In this document: positions 28,760 through 44,885 of the stretch, piece after piece
Layout of the letters: each line of letters opens with the position of its first letter
Position numbering within the stretch: the stretch's first letter is position 1
Assembly: GCA_964016885.1 (NCBI GenBank)
Contig: OZ024757.1
Location: 38,688,001-38,752,000 of the forward strand
From: Eledone cirrhosa
Taxonomy: Eukaryota
Direction: 5' to 3'
Length of the DNA: 64,000 nucleotides
Program-made: the position numbers and the translations under genes
Notes under the pieces: generated by a model
The model's input: the letters and a program-made list of their open reading frames with translations, nothing else
What the model was told of the DNA's origin: nothing
The model's database searches: none

Positions 28760-29200
28760 TCATAAGTAATGTTTCTAAATTTCTCTGGATTGGTTTAATA
28801 CCGTTGGACTCATACAAGTTATCTTGGCTTCCAAATCAATATATTTGGACAATTTCTCCAGTTCTTTGCAAAATATGATGTTGTACTTCTGGCATTAATG
28901 TATCTACCAGGAAATATCGTCATGTATGATAATATTTCCAAATACTATCTACACAAAATGCCAATATTTCTCTGTCAGTTATATGCGCCGTATATCTCGA
29001 AATAACGTTGAACTCTCCTTCTCGTATTAATTTTCTTGAAGTTTATTGCATTCCTCTGCTGTCGCCATTTTGTAATACCACAAGTCTTTCCTGTGGATAC
29101 GTCCTGGATACTAGATATTACTAGATACATGAATATACCATTCTTACAACATGAGCTTCATGTTTCAGCAAAATATGTCTTTCTTCATCTCCATCAGAGA
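28760..29200 (-). pseudogene. Decayed R4/NeSL-type non-LTR retrotransposon, restriction-like endonuclease region
   Basis: Minus-strand fragments TDREILA, FLVDTLMPE and KELEKLSKYIDLEAKITCM fit the ..D...P....KE.EK..KY.DL pattern; frameshifted. Confidence 0.55.
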
Positions 29201-29253
29201 AGCTTAGTAATCATGAAAATCTCTCTCTCGCTCGTTTGACCCATACATACACT

Positions 29254-29311
<58 letters not shown>

Positions 29312-29446
29312 GAACGAAGGACATAGACTTTATATATATTTCGAAGATGCAAGTTTAATGCATAACGTAAAGCAAAACATGTTCTCCTCAGACAAATGCA
29401 CACGCACGCACGCACGCACGCACGCACGCAGGCACGCAGGCACGCA

Positions 29447-29515
<69 letters not shown>

Positions 29516-29715
29516 GTAAGCAAAAGGTATATATATATATATATATATATATCATCTCTCTCACCCCATCTCGCCATATATATATATATTTATATATATA
29601 TATATACGTACCTGTTTATATACTTATATATCTCTCTCACTCTCTCTCTCTCACCAGGACCGAGCAATATAGTTTCTAACACCACCACTTTGTTGTTATT
29701 ATATACACTCTGTGT

Positions 29716-29874
29716 ATACACGCCATGCTTTCCAGCATAGTTACGTCCCTTTACGATCTGAGTTCAAATCCCTCCGAAGTTGACTTTGCCTTTCATCCTT
29801 ACGGGGTCGATAAAATAAAGTACAAGTAATGTACTGATTTAATTGCTGGCCTTGTGCCTAAAGTAGAAACAATT
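29716..29874 (+). mobile_element. Major SINE, 5'-truncated
   Basis: Same family as 12234 and 58944. Confidence 0.8.
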
Positions 29875-29949
29875 ATATACACTCTGTTCTGTATCGAGTG
29901 TTGACTTTGGTCCTCTCACCACTTTTCTTCGTATTCACTCAACTTCCTA

Positions 29950-29981
<32 letters not shown>

Positions 29982-29984
<3 letters not shown>

Positions 29985-30177
29985 CGAAGGATGTGTGGTA
30001 AGGAACCAGATGGACCATAACGTACCAGAGTACTCAATACTTAGGGTAGTAGAGTGGGTAATAGGAAAATGTTTAATCCCGTCGGGAGAGCTCAAGCCGT
30101 TGCTACGGTTATTTCTTGACGTCCAGAAATAGCCGTCGAAACGGCTTGAGCTCTGCCGTCGGGGTTAAAAATGTTCC
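29982..30177 (-). mobile_element. Family B fold-back copy
   Basis: Aligns with 3263-3465; junction at ..CTTGAC|GTCCAG.. Confidence 0.75.
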
Positions 30178-30263
30178 TATATATATATATATATGTATGT
30201 ATGTACGTACGTATATATATTTGTATGTATATATATATGTATAAATATATATATATATATATG

Positions 30264-30314
<51 letters not shown>

Positions 30315-30619
30315 TCTTACATAGGCACACATAGTCATATATAAAAACTTACCCACACATACATATATAGATATATACACATACTCACATACACACATAC
30401 GAACATACGTAGATGTTGAAGAGTTTGAAAATCAATGAAACGCTAAAGCTAAAGCTGTTAGTTAATTGGTTACATATTCAGATTGATTTCTTAATTAACA
30501 CTATCTTATTATCAACGTAATGACGGCCATGTTGGAATGCTATAAATTCTAAAGAATTGATTGTTTTATTTGACCACTTGATAATGACGTCCATACTTAC
30601 AGATGTCTGTGTGGAACTG

Positions 30620-31050
30620 ATGTTACTGTTGTTAATGGTGGTGACGGTGATGTCGTTGTGTTTGGTCTTATTTTGTTGTTGTTGTTGGTGTTGTGGTTGT
30701 TGTTTCTGTTGTTGATGGTGGTGGTGGTGCTGGTGGTGGTCTTGTTTCCGCTGTTGTTTTTGTTGTTGTTGCAGTTACGTTTGTTCGTGTTGTTAATCTT
30801 GTTGTAGCTGTTGTCCTTGCAATTATTGTTGCTGATTAGCGTGCTGTAATATGTTTGCTGTTGTTGTTGTTGTTCTTATTCTTGTTGCAGCTGTTTCTGT
30901 TGTCATTGCTATCATTGTTGCTGCTGAGCTTGTTGCAATATGTGTTGCTGTTGCTGTTGTTTGTACTTTTCGTGCTGCTGTAGTTAGTGATAATATCCTT
31001 ACTGCTGTTGTTAGTGCTACTAATGGTATAATTGGCGTTATTGCTCATAT
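30620..31050. repeat. Degenerate (GTT/GCT/GGT)n trinucleotide tract
   Basis: Direct reading; stops interrupt the frames. Confidence 0.85.
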
Positions 31051-31449
31051 TTAAGCGTAAATGAGGTCGATGATTAACAACGAGGGCATCTGTATCGGAT
31101 GTCTTAAATAACAGCCAGTGTATTGCCTTTCGTATATCAGTTCATAAGGATTTAGAATAAAGTGATGGTCAAGGTTTGACATTTGTTAATGATGTTGATG
31201 ATAATAAGAAGACAATGATGATATTATTAGAGATAAGTGTTGATTAATGGCGAGGGTAATAGGGTAGAATGTGATAAATCCCTGTGAGTATAAAGTCGGT
31301 CACTATATCAGTTAGATATTTGGAGTGAATAAGCATGGAGGATATATATGTAGGGTTATGGGGGTTACTTGATGATGATGTTGATAAATATAAAACAAGG
31401 GTGATATTATTAATGATAACGCCTCTCATTGATGATGATGTTGCCAGTA

Positions 31450-31625
31450 ATCGGTAGAGCGTAAACAAACATGCTTCATGGCATATATTTACGACCTTTT
31501 GAGCTGTAAATATCTGAGTTCAAATCCCGCCGAGGTTAGCTTAGCTTAGCTTAGCTTTGCCTTTCGTCCTTACGGCGTCGATGAAATAAAGTACCAGTAA
31601 CGTACTGAGGTTGATTTAATCCACC
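31450..31625 (+). mobile_element. Major SINE, decayed, with TTAGC micro-expansion
   Basis: CTGAGTTCAAATCCCGCCGAGG(TTAGC)4TTTGCCTTTC. Confidence 0.7.
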
Positions 31626-31728
31626 CCCTCCCCTGATATATATACACAGCCATATAAATAACCATATACATACATATATCAATTGGGATATATATACATA
31701 TATATATGTGTACATATATATTAGTGAA

Positions 31729-31925
31729 GTCGCGTGGCTGAGTGGTTAGAGAATTGGATTCGCAATCGTGAGTTCGATTCCCGGACCGGGTGGTGCGTTA
31801 TGTCCTTTATTTCACGTCGCTCCTTCTAACTGGAGTTGCGACCGATATATAGTATTAGTAATTGGAAAGACTAATGGAAGCATTGTTTCCTCGGTCCGGT
31901 TTGACGAACGTCTGTCGATTGTAAA
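31729..31925 (+). mobile_element. tRNA-derived SINE (second family)
   Basis: A box TGGCTGAGTGG, B box GAGTTCGATTCC. Confidence 0.7.
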
Positions 31926-31931
31926 AAAAAA

Positions 31932-31965
<34 letters not shown>

Positions 31966-33626
31966 TCATCCTAAACACAATTTCTTTGTGTTAGAGAGTG
32001 TTTGTGAATTAATTTTAAAAACCAAACATTTTTTTTCACTAGTTTGCCTTTAATAGATAATGTAATAATTATTGACAGAAATTATAAATATAATGAATGT
32101 AATTATATTTTAATGAAGCTGATTAACATTTTACTAGATAGAATTTATTTTGCTATTAAATTAGATTACTATTTTTATCCTTATCTGTACATCATTTTCA
32201 CATTCTCCCCTTCGTTCTATCTCCCACAATCTATTATCTAGCTAGTTAGCTATTTGTCTGCTAACTATTTCATATTACCCACTCTACTACCCCAAGTATC
32301 GAGTATTCTGGTGGGTTACGGTCTAGCTGGTTTTTACCAATCTCTATCTGATATATAAGGGATAACAAGTTATCGTTTTAGGTAATCCAGTTAGAGGTTG
32401 TGAGTACTCTGTACTATGGATAGTTTTAACATACGGCGTTGTCCGACTCAACAAGAGGTTTCCTTAGTTAGGTAGCGAGTTTGCGAGAATTCCCATGCAG
32501 ATTATTCTTGGAGTAATAGTATTGAAATAGTGAAGAATAACATGGTCGGCTGTACAAAAATAGTCTTATTTCGAGTATAAACAATTGTTTCATTGGTCAG
32601 TCACAAAGCAGATACCAAGTTCTCTAACTTCAAATCGGCATGATTCGATCCAGCAATCTCGAAATTCAAGCAGAACCACCCAGGTTTTAATGTACTAGCT
32701 CCACACCACTCCACTGTAATAAGCTGTTTCTATGTATGTTGCTGGCTACAGCAATTTAAATCTGTATCGTCAGAAAATGTTGGATTTTTAGACCTATCTA
32801 AGCTGACATATGTGGGTGTTGGAAACATGTATGGAATTTTTGCTCGGTATACAAAACTCAGCAAAAAATACAACTAATCATCGCTTTTATTACTCTAACA
32901 TTCCTGGAAGATTTCGGCAATTCCGCAAGCCAACGGCTCTGAACAGATTTTTTATTGATTGACCTCGAAGGGATTAAAAGTAAATGTGACTTCCGCGTGA
33001 TTTGAGCTCAAAACACAGAGATCAATGCGTTAAAACTACCGACATAACGAATCTTCCTGCTCGCCCTCTGTATGAAAAATGGAAGTAGAAAACCTTTGAA
33101 AAAATCTTTCAATGATCTATGGATATATGACAGCAATTTCAACAATGAAACGAATGTGTATATATGCATAGATTTCAAATCTTCTGTGCTCTGAGATCAA
33201 AGTTTGCCAAGGTCAAATTTTCTTTTCATCATTTCGGTGTCAATTAAAAGATGTATCCGTTCAGACTTAGGACTGATGTTTTCTATATATCTCTTTCTCG
33301 CAAAGCCTTTACTATCATCTTTCCTTCCGGGAGGAATTGAGCAATGATCTGACCTGAAGTTAGACTCAGTCTCACTATGGTGTCTCTACGTCTATTTCAT
33401 ACGTTACAAATTTATATATACATGCCTACATACATTGCTCTTTCCGTGGGCTCAAATGGTTTCCATGCAACATATTCTAATGTAGAGACTGAGCTCATAT
33501 ACTAACAAAATACTTTTTGAACAGATCATACACACGCACATGTATATATATATATGTATATATATATATATGTATATATATATATGTATATATATATGTA
33601 TGTATATATATATGTATATATATAAT

Positions 33627-34207
33627 GTTGAGTCGGTGCTACTGGTAACATGTATCCCAGTACAACCTGTCTCATGGTCGGGTCGTTGGCGACGAAACTG
33701 TCAACCCCACCAAGGTTTCTTGGTGAGGAGGGTGACTTTGGACATCCTGCAGGACTAAAAACAAAACCTGTCAAAGGGCAAAGGTGCTCTTAAGAGTCAA
33801 TGGCCATCCAAAATCACCGGGAGAGATGACCCCTTAGCCTTTGTCAAGGCAGAATTCTAGGAGAAGGAAAACTCTGATATAAGACCTGCAACCCTGATGG
33901 TATCCAATGATGTTGACTTGTTCTTCTTTTTGGTAAATATCATCTTGGTTAAGAGAGTGGGACTGGCTTTGTGCAGTGCCTTTGTTCACTATAAAAGCTT
34001 CACGGCACAGGCATTGCTTTATATCTGGAGATCTCTCTGCACTTGTCGTCACATGGTACCATGGGCCCAGCACTGTGTCAATAATTGTCACAGAGTTTTC
34101 AAGTCGCTGGTTGAACTAAAAGTTACACTTGTTCAGCGCATCGGTAGGGGTTCTCCTACATGGATATAAAGTAGTGGCCGTACTCGAAAACGAGTTGGCA
34201 GCCACCA
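33627..34207 (+). mobile_element. Family K element, longest copy (~580 bp)
   Basis: See 8148; includes an internal segment (~33882-33950) absent from the 8148 copy. Confidence 0.75.
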
Positions 34208-34706
34208 TATATATATGTATGTATATATATATTTATATATGTATATATATATATTTATATATGTATGTATATATATTTATATATGTATGTATATATATTT
34301 ATATATGTATGTATGTATATATATTTATATATGTATGTATGTATATATATTTATATATGTATGTATGTATATATATTTATATATGTATGTATGTATATAT
34401 ATTTATATATGTATGTATGTATATATATTTATATATGTATGTATGTATATATATTTATATATGTATGTATGTATATATATTTATATATGTATGTATGTAT
34501 ATATATTTATATATTTATGTATGTATATATATTTATATATGTATGTATGTATATATATTTATATATGTATGTATATATATTTATATATATATGTATATAT
34601 ATATATGTATGTATGTATGTATGTATATATATTGAGAGAGAAATTCTGTGTTCTGATCAAGGTATCATCCTCGAACAAAATATAACTCATACTCACATAC
34701 ATATAC

Positions 34707-34777
<71 letters not shown>

Positions 34778-34780
34778 TAG

Positions 34781-35093
34781 TCTTAGATTCTTCCGCGCCG
34801 TTCGGCATATCGAGCAGTAAGTACTCGCCAACGGTCACGATCAGCGGCAACCTTTTCGAGACCGTGCCAGGTGATGTTGGCTGCCATCCGGTCCTTCCGC
34901 AATGTTCGTCGCCGGGTGATCCTTGGGCAACCCCGCCTCCGTGTACCGCCAGGCGGAGGACTCCAGTTCATCGCTATTTTCGAATGCCGTTCATTTGGGC
35001 GACGCAGAATATGGCCAGCCAGACGGCACCGACGCTCCGTGACCGCTCTCTGCGGCGTCCACGACTTGGCTCTCCGTAGGATCTCCTCGGTCG
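34781..35093 (-). mobile_element. RTE-clade LINE 3' fragment
   Basis: Translates to ..LAGHILRRPNERHSKIAMNWSPPPGGTRRRGCPRITRRRTL..AADRDRWRVL, a typical RTE C-terminus; GC-rich. Confidence 0.85.
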
Positions 35094-35121
35094 ACAGAGA
35101 GAGGCTTATGTGTTGTCTATA

Positions 35122-35190
35122 GACTGTGTGTCTATAGAGTGTGTGTCTATAGAGTGTGTGTCTATAGAGTGTGTGTCTATAGACGTGTGT
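35122..35190. repeat. 14 bp tandem repeat (GTGTGTCTATAGAG)
   Basis: About 5 units. Confidence 0.85.
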
Positions 35191-35493
35191 CCTTTAGAAA
35201 GACAAGATTAACAGTTTCAAGAAGTTACATATTATTGGAAAACCGAAAGTCAGTTATTACTTTATATTTACTTTCAAATAAATAAATATCTAAATAAATA
35301 AATATGTAGATAATACAACGTTGAATTGTTCAGATTGTAAAATTACAATACAAGTTTATGGTATATTTTCTTACTGGAAAAGTTAAATGGAACGAACTAA
35401 CAATACTAGATAAGTTTTGCTTTTTTTTAGCAGTCTGAGAATAGACCAAATATGGAAGATTTGTTTATGTTGATTATCATTCATGTCTATGTA

Positions 35494-35567
<74 letters not shown>

Positions 35568-35570
35568 GGA

Positions 35571-35608
<38 letters not shown>

Positions 35609-35661
35609 ATTTATACATATATATATATATATATGTATTTATAAACTCACTCTCTCGTATG

Positions 35662-35695
<34 letters not shown>

Positions 35696-36241
35696 TGTGT
35701 GTATATATATTTGTGTGCGTATATATATATATGTGTATAGGAATGTGTATATATATATGCGTGTGTGTTTTTGTGTATATACATATATATATGTGTGTGT
35801 GTATATATATATCTGTGTGGGCGTATATATATATATATATGAATTTAAGAAAACATAAAAGAATAGTTATATTTTGGACAATGCTAAAAGGAAAAGAAAA
35901 CTACGTAAACTAGAAGAGTTACATTTTCTTTATTACTTCAAATATTATTATTATATTGAACAGCAAAATAAAAGAAATCAATGGTCATATTTTGAAATAT
36001 CGAACCAATCTGGATTTTCGAAATAGAAATGACAAAATATCGTCTGGCTTATTCGTATTTACATCAAAGATTTTTAACAAACATTATCAAATATTCTTTC
36101 CATAGGCTTCCTCGTCTCATCTGCATCCATCTTTTTTTAATGTTGTATACGCATACATATGTTACACACGTAACACACACAAACGCATACAAACACATAC
36201 ATACACACACACACACACAAACACACATATATATATATACA

Positions 36242-36328
36242 CATGAGACCCGAGTTAAATCTGCTTAACCACACTAAGTATAACACTCAGTAAATTTGTA
36301 GACGCTAAACGTCAGGTTTAATGATATG

Positions 36329-36412
<84 letters not shown>

Positions 36413-36519
36413 CATATATATATATATATACATGAGACCCGAGTTAAATCTGCTTAACCACACTAAGTATAACACTCAGTAAATTTGTAGAGGTTAAACA
36501 TCAGGTTTAATGATATGTA

Positions 36520-36520
<1 letters not shown>
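36242..36520. repeat. Local tandem duplication of a ~90 bp unique segment plus (TA)n
   Basis: CATGAGACCCGAGTTAAATCTGCTTAACCACACTAAG.. at 36242 and 36431. Confidence 0.9.
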
Positions 36521-36564
<44 letters not shown>

Positions 36565-36737
36565 ACATAAATATATATATATAATTATATATATATAATT
36601 ATATATATATATATATGTATATATAAATATATGTATATATAAATATATATTTATATATATATATATATATAAATATAAAATATTAAACAAATAATGAATA
36701 AAACAATGAAACAGTTCCTTATATTAAACAAAAAAAG

Positions 36738-36891
36738 TTCATTATTTAACGATCGTTTCTAGGATATATATGTGTTAGAATTGGCATGCATATTCAACAG
36801 ATCTATGTACAAAATTATACAAAATTATACAAATTATCAAGATTAAATATACATACCAACACATATATACGCCGTCTTCAGAAATAATGAA
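36738..36891 (-). ncRNA. Type I hammerhead motif with ~115 nt stem II (family J copy 2)
   Basis: Minus strand: TTCATTATTT-CTGAAGA-[115 nt]-GAAA-CGATCG-TT-AAATAATGAA; homologous to 18352-18615 over ~36688-36960. Confidence 0.7.
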
Positions 36892-37469
36892 ATATATTTA
36901 TTGATAATAACAACAATTCAAAATTTCAGGTCCGTTTGGGAACAAAATTGACCAATGAAAATACAAAAGGTTTTATGCAGTTCGGTGTGTGTATATACAT
37001 GTAACTACCCTTACACATATTTTACAAAAATGTATGCTCAACATGTATACGCATACCAAAAGGATGGATGCAAATACAAAATTTCAAGGTTAATGTCTCT
37101 GTAAGTTTATAATGCACAGATAAGATGCGTATAGACACATAAATATGAAATAAGTGTATACACATATTCTCATACTCACACATATCCGTACAATCACACA
37201 CACGCGCGCGTATATGCATAAACATACACATAATTACGAACATACAAACACACACACACCCCCACTCACATATATATATGTGGATATAATATCATAAGCA
37301 CATTGATATTAATTCACTCACATAAACACTGTCACACACATTTAGATCAAGATACAGAAATTAGGTGGGAGGGGGGGGAGAGGTCAGTATTCAACGGTTT
37401 GGGCAGACTGCTTATTATAGATGTATCTATAAACTAAGAAAATAAAAAGAAAAAAGAAATATATCAAGA

Positions 37470-37642
37470 AAATATATATATATATATATATATAAATATA
37501 TACATACATATATTTATATATATATATACATATACATATACATAAACACATACATACACATACACACATCCACACTTAGAACATACATACACACATATAT
37601 AAACATATACATATACACACACACACACATATACACACATAC

Positions 37643-37687
<45 letters not shown>

Positions 37688-37968
37688 TATATACACATAT
37701 AATCACACATACTATATAGACACACATATATATACACACATACACGCACATATACATACACATACATACTTATATACATACAGATATACACATACATACC
37801 TATATATAGACGCAAATTCATACAGATATACATATATACATACACACAAATACTTACGCATCCATATATCGGTATATACATACAAACACCACTACACTCT
37901 CACACAACTCAGACATACAAAGAAAAAGGTATATACCTATATACATATATATATACAAATAGAGATAC

Positions 37969-38065
<97 letters not shown>

Positions 38066-38245
38066 CACATATACATACATACACATACATACATGTACAC
38101 ACACACACACATACATACATACACACATACATACATACATATATAGTCATACACACACATACACCTACACGAACATACACATACACATATATAAAGATAT
38201 ATATATACACACACACATACACACACACACATATATATAAAATAA

Positions 38246-38282
<37 letters not shown>

Positions 38283-38609
38283 CATATACGTACACACATA
38301 CATAGACATATATGTACATACATACACATACATACATACATACACACACACATATACATATATATACACACATAGACACATACATACATACACACACAAC
38401 ATACATACACACACATATATACTCATACATAGAATTAGATATATATTCATACATACATACGCACTTACATATACTCATATATACAAATACATACGCATCC
38501 ATATATGCGTATATACATACAAACACCACTACACCCTCACACAACTCAGACATACAAAGAAAAAGGCATATACATATACATATATACACGCATTAATAGA
38601 GATACATAT

Positions 38610-38646
<37 letters not shown>

Positions 38647-38864
38647 CATTTATATATATACACCCACACACACATACAACCATAAACACACATACAAAAC
38701 ATACAAACACACACATACACGTATATATACACATACATATATATACACACACACAAAAAACAGACATACATATATATATTTTTTTACACATATATATACA
38801 CATATATATACATATACACACCCTCACATATACACACATACACATAAGTTATATTATAATAATA

Positions 38865-38905
<41 letters not shown>

Positions 38906-39450
38906 TACACATACGAATATAGACATATATACACACATAGATATATATATATATATACATATACACACACACACACACACACTCACATATATATGTGTGT
39001 GCGCACACGCACATACATACACATACACACATATACACGTAAACACATACATGTGCATACATGCACATACACACATATACCCACATAGATACGAAGATAG
39101 ACATATAAATAGAGAGACATACATATATATACACACACACATATATACATACATACATACACACATATATATATATATAAATATATGTATATATATATAT
39201 ATATATACATACACACATACACGCCCACACACATATACACATATACACATATATATACACATACACACATACACATACACATATATATACACATGCATAT
39301 ATACACACATATATATACATACACACATATATATACACACAATCTTACATTCTTATTTGCATGCGCATATATGTATTTTTATATTCAGATATAAATACCC
39401 AAACATATATACACCTACCTACATATATATTCATACATACACGCTTACAA
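37470..39450. repeat. Degenerate (CA)/(TA) region with an internal ~100 bp duplication (37855 / 38491)
   Basis: TACGCATCCATATAT..CAAACACCACTACAC.CTCACACAACTCAGACATACAAAGAAAAAGG occurs twice. Confidence 0.85.
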
Positions 39451-39659
39451 ACACAGATGATAATAGTATGGGGGAAAGGGGGGGGGTGGAGAAAGGGATT
39501 ATAGTAAATATATGTTTCAAGAAACATAGAATATTATCTGTATCTGGACCCAATGTATGTTTTTACATAGTTTCAGTGTTAGGAAATACAAGAAATAAGG
39601 CGAAATTTATGCATTTCAAAATAAATAAGTATACCATTAATTATATGTTAACTAAACTA

Positions 39660-41893
<2,234 letters not shown>

Positions 41894-42092
41894 TCGATAT
41901 CTATCTATATATATATATTCGATAAGTATAATTAACTTTTGAGAAGGTTAAATATCGGCCGTTCTAACACCTCTGACAATTCGTCACCTTGCAGACACAT
42001 ACACATATAAATGTTATCGTAATTTTATAGAGTATATAGGAATTTATTACGTCAACAAAATGAGATACAGACATATATAATTTTTCCTCTAC

Positions 42093-42212
42093 CAATGGGT
42101 GGAAGATCTTTGAAACTCGTATATCCATTCAAAGAATATTTTTGCTGCAAATAAATATATATGAAAGCTGTATCACTCTTATAAAGAATTCTCAGAGGTT
42201 CTCCACATAAAC
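42093..42212 (-). CDS. Putative internal exon: (S)LCGEPLRILYKSDTAFIYIYLQQKYSLNGYTSFKDLPPI
   Basis: AATCAG| acceptor, weak G|GTAGAG donor, 120 nt phase 1-1; joins the next exon as DLPPI-D-SLLKK; alternative acceptor TTGCAG| at 42144. Confidence 0.35.
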
Positions 42213-42485
42213 CTGATTGGCAATCGACCGTGAAAGATGCATATTTAAGCAAGTTCAACCTCTCTTTTACAGTCGGTAAACAACTCTCTTTCATTATATG
42301 CAGTCAAGGTCTACATTGCTGTGTATACCGTATAGTGATTCGATTGATTATGCTGTGAAAACCAAGGCAACCTTCTTTAGCATGAAATATGAAACATTTC
42401 CAATGTCCCATTTACCAAGAAACAGCAGGTAAGCTATTCATATTGAGCTCCATCTCACAGCACACGACTCCAGCAAGCTTATATA

Positions 42486-42552
<67 letters not shown>

Positions 42553-43212
42553 CTGTGTATACAGAGAGAGAGTGATGTGTGTGTGAGCGCCTGTGTTTGA
42601 TGTTTTTGCCTATCTGTGTATTCTCGAGTGTCTATGTGTGTTTCTGTGTGCGTTTGTGTATCTGTGTGTCCCTCTCTGTGAGTGTATGTGTCCGCATGCC
42701 TGTATGTATGTGTATGGAAGGTTGTGTAAATGTTAATATGGATTTTCCTAGTTGCCAATGAGTATATGTGAGATGCATGAGTGTGTACATAGGTGTGTGT
42801 TTGTGTGTGTGCGTTTATCTCTATCTCTCTCTTTCACTCTCTTTCACTCTCACTTTCTCCACCACCACCCCTCTCTCTCTCTGTGAGAAGGGGAAGGTAT
42901 TGATCGGTGAGAGGCTGCACATGTAAATACAGTGAAATTTGTAAACATTGCAGTATTAAGTCACTGTTTAAACGTTGGATCTTTTAGAAGACATTCACAT
43001 ACACTTACTGACGAGCACACACATACTCAGCCACTATACATATATATACACACACACGCACTCATATATATATATATATATATATATATGTATAATGTAT
43101 TATATACATACATATATATATCCACAAGTATACATATATTGTTACATGCATATATATATACATATATATATATGTATATATATGTGTGTGTACATGAGTG
43201 TGTGTGTGTGTG

Positions 43213-43243
<31 letters not shown>

Positions 43244-43489
43244 TTATGAGAAAATTATTAAATTATACAAGCCTCGATATATTGATTATTTCGTAAGTTC
43301 ATCCAGTGTTACGTAATCCCTGGGACTCTACTTCTTTACATATCTGAGAAATTTTTATTTTTATCTGAATATTATTGAAATATATGAAATATATTAACTA
43401 ACATCAGAGAATATGTAGAATCTTCAATGAACAGTTTACCATTGGTCACCATGGATATGTGGATTCTTCTTCTTCTTCTAAAATAATAA

Positions 43490-43900
43490 TAATTGTTTCT
43501 ACTTTGGGCACAAGGCCAGCAACTATCCTAGTGTACCACTGGTACTTTATTTTATCGACCCCATAAGGATGAAAGGCAAAGTTAACCTCGGCGGGATTTG
43601 AACTCATATCATAAAGGGCCGTACTCTTTTGCTGTAAAGCATGTCGTCCGACCCTCTACCGATACTGCCAATCCACCGCCCTAAAATAATACTGAAATTA
43701 ATGTGTACAGTGCTCAGGTGCACTACAACACATCAAAGGTGCATGTATAGTACATAGAATAATTGCCTCTACTTTAGGCACAAGGCCAGCAATTACCCAG
43801 TGCATTAGTGGTACTTTATTGTATCGACCGCGTAAGGATGAAAGGCAAAGTCAACCTCGGCGGGATTTGAACTCGGATCGTAAAGGGACGTAACTATGCA
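43490..43900 (-). mobile_element. Two tandem major SINE copies (43490-43681, 43760-43900)
   Basis: Both reverse complements of the SINE consensus. Confidence 0.85.
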
Positions 43901-43914
43901 CAAATCTCAGGCAT

Positions 43915-44052
43915 CTTCTTCTTCTATGCCACCCACTTATTCCTGAGCAGGTAGTGGTGCGTAGGAGCAATATCCTCAAACACCCCTTCCATCGAGTCCA
44001 GTCAGAAGCAACCCTATCCAACTGATCCGGCTATATCCCCAAAGGTGTCCAC
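43915..44052 (-). mobile_element. Decayed RTE-like 3' end with (GAA)n tail
   Basis: Minus strand reads ..DQLDRVASDWTRWKGCL.. Confidence 0.45.
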
Positions 44053-44408
44053 TTATTGTACTTATTCACGTGACAGTTATGATGAACCAAGCAAATTACT
44101 TTAAAAAAACCCAACAGCAATTCGAGTTACTATTTGCACATGAAACAGAAATTTCGAATACAAACTAGATGCGAGACAAAGCACAGACCCTCAATCTCAC
44201 CTTTACTTTTGAAAAAAATGTGAAACTAGTGAAGGAGATAATCAAATATTCTTAAAAACACTCCAGTTGCATTTTCTATTTATTTTCCTTATACATGTAT
44301 ATATATACACACACCGACCGTTATATCGCGTGACTATCTCCCCCTCCGCCTTTTGGGATTCTTTCTCACGTCGTGTAGACGCGTTCTTGAAGCTAGTAAA
44401 ATGAGGTA

Positions 44409-44498
44409 TCCTCTTGATAAGTCGGCAGACCTCGCAAGGACTCTATATCTTTATGATGTATTGTTTTTGTTTATGCCACGAAACTACGTAGTCTAGGA
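44409..44498 (+). ncRNA. Decayed hammerhead motif
   Basis: TCCTC-TTGATAA-GTCGGCA..TGCCAC-GAAA-CTACGTAG-TC-TAGGA; core differs from CTGATGA by two transitions; palindromic stem III. Confidence 0.45.
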
Positions 44499-44567
44499 AT
44501 CTAGGAGCAGTTTAGGTATGATACATTTTATTACTAATTATATCTAAATGTTTCTTCTCTCTTCATA

Positions 44568-44615
<48 letters not shown>

Positions 44616-44626
44616 ATAATAATAAT

Positions 44627-44656
<30 letters not shown>

Positions 44657-44657
<1 letters not shown>

Positions 44658-44885
44658 GTAATAATAATAATAATAATAAATGTGAAGACTAAAATCCAAA
44701 GAGTGTTCGAAAAGGATAATATATATATCAAATATATAAGAACCATAGAGCAAATAGTTATCAAAATCTTAAATTAAAATTTAAGCAAAGAATCGCTGCT
44801 TTTACGCTTAAGGGGATCTTCTGAAGATCCCGTTAAGGGTCAAAGCAGCGATTCTTTTCTTAAACTCTAATCTGTTATTTTAATA
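44657..44885 (-). mobile_element. Family A fold-back copy
   Basis: Junction GGATCTTC-T-GAAGATCC at ~44814-44830. Confidence 0.75.

Noticed and set aside
30595-31054. Thr/Pro-rich mucin-like minus-strand reading ending at a GTAAGT donor
   Set aside because: In-frame stop and frame change within a degenerate (AAC)n tract; no good acceptor.
31729-31790. tRNA gene
   Set aside because: A and B boxes present but no cloverleaf acceptor stem; continues into a SINE body.
32720-32780. Minus-strand CTGACGA..GAAACAGCT
   Set aside because: Stem I cannot form; at most a heavily decayed relic.
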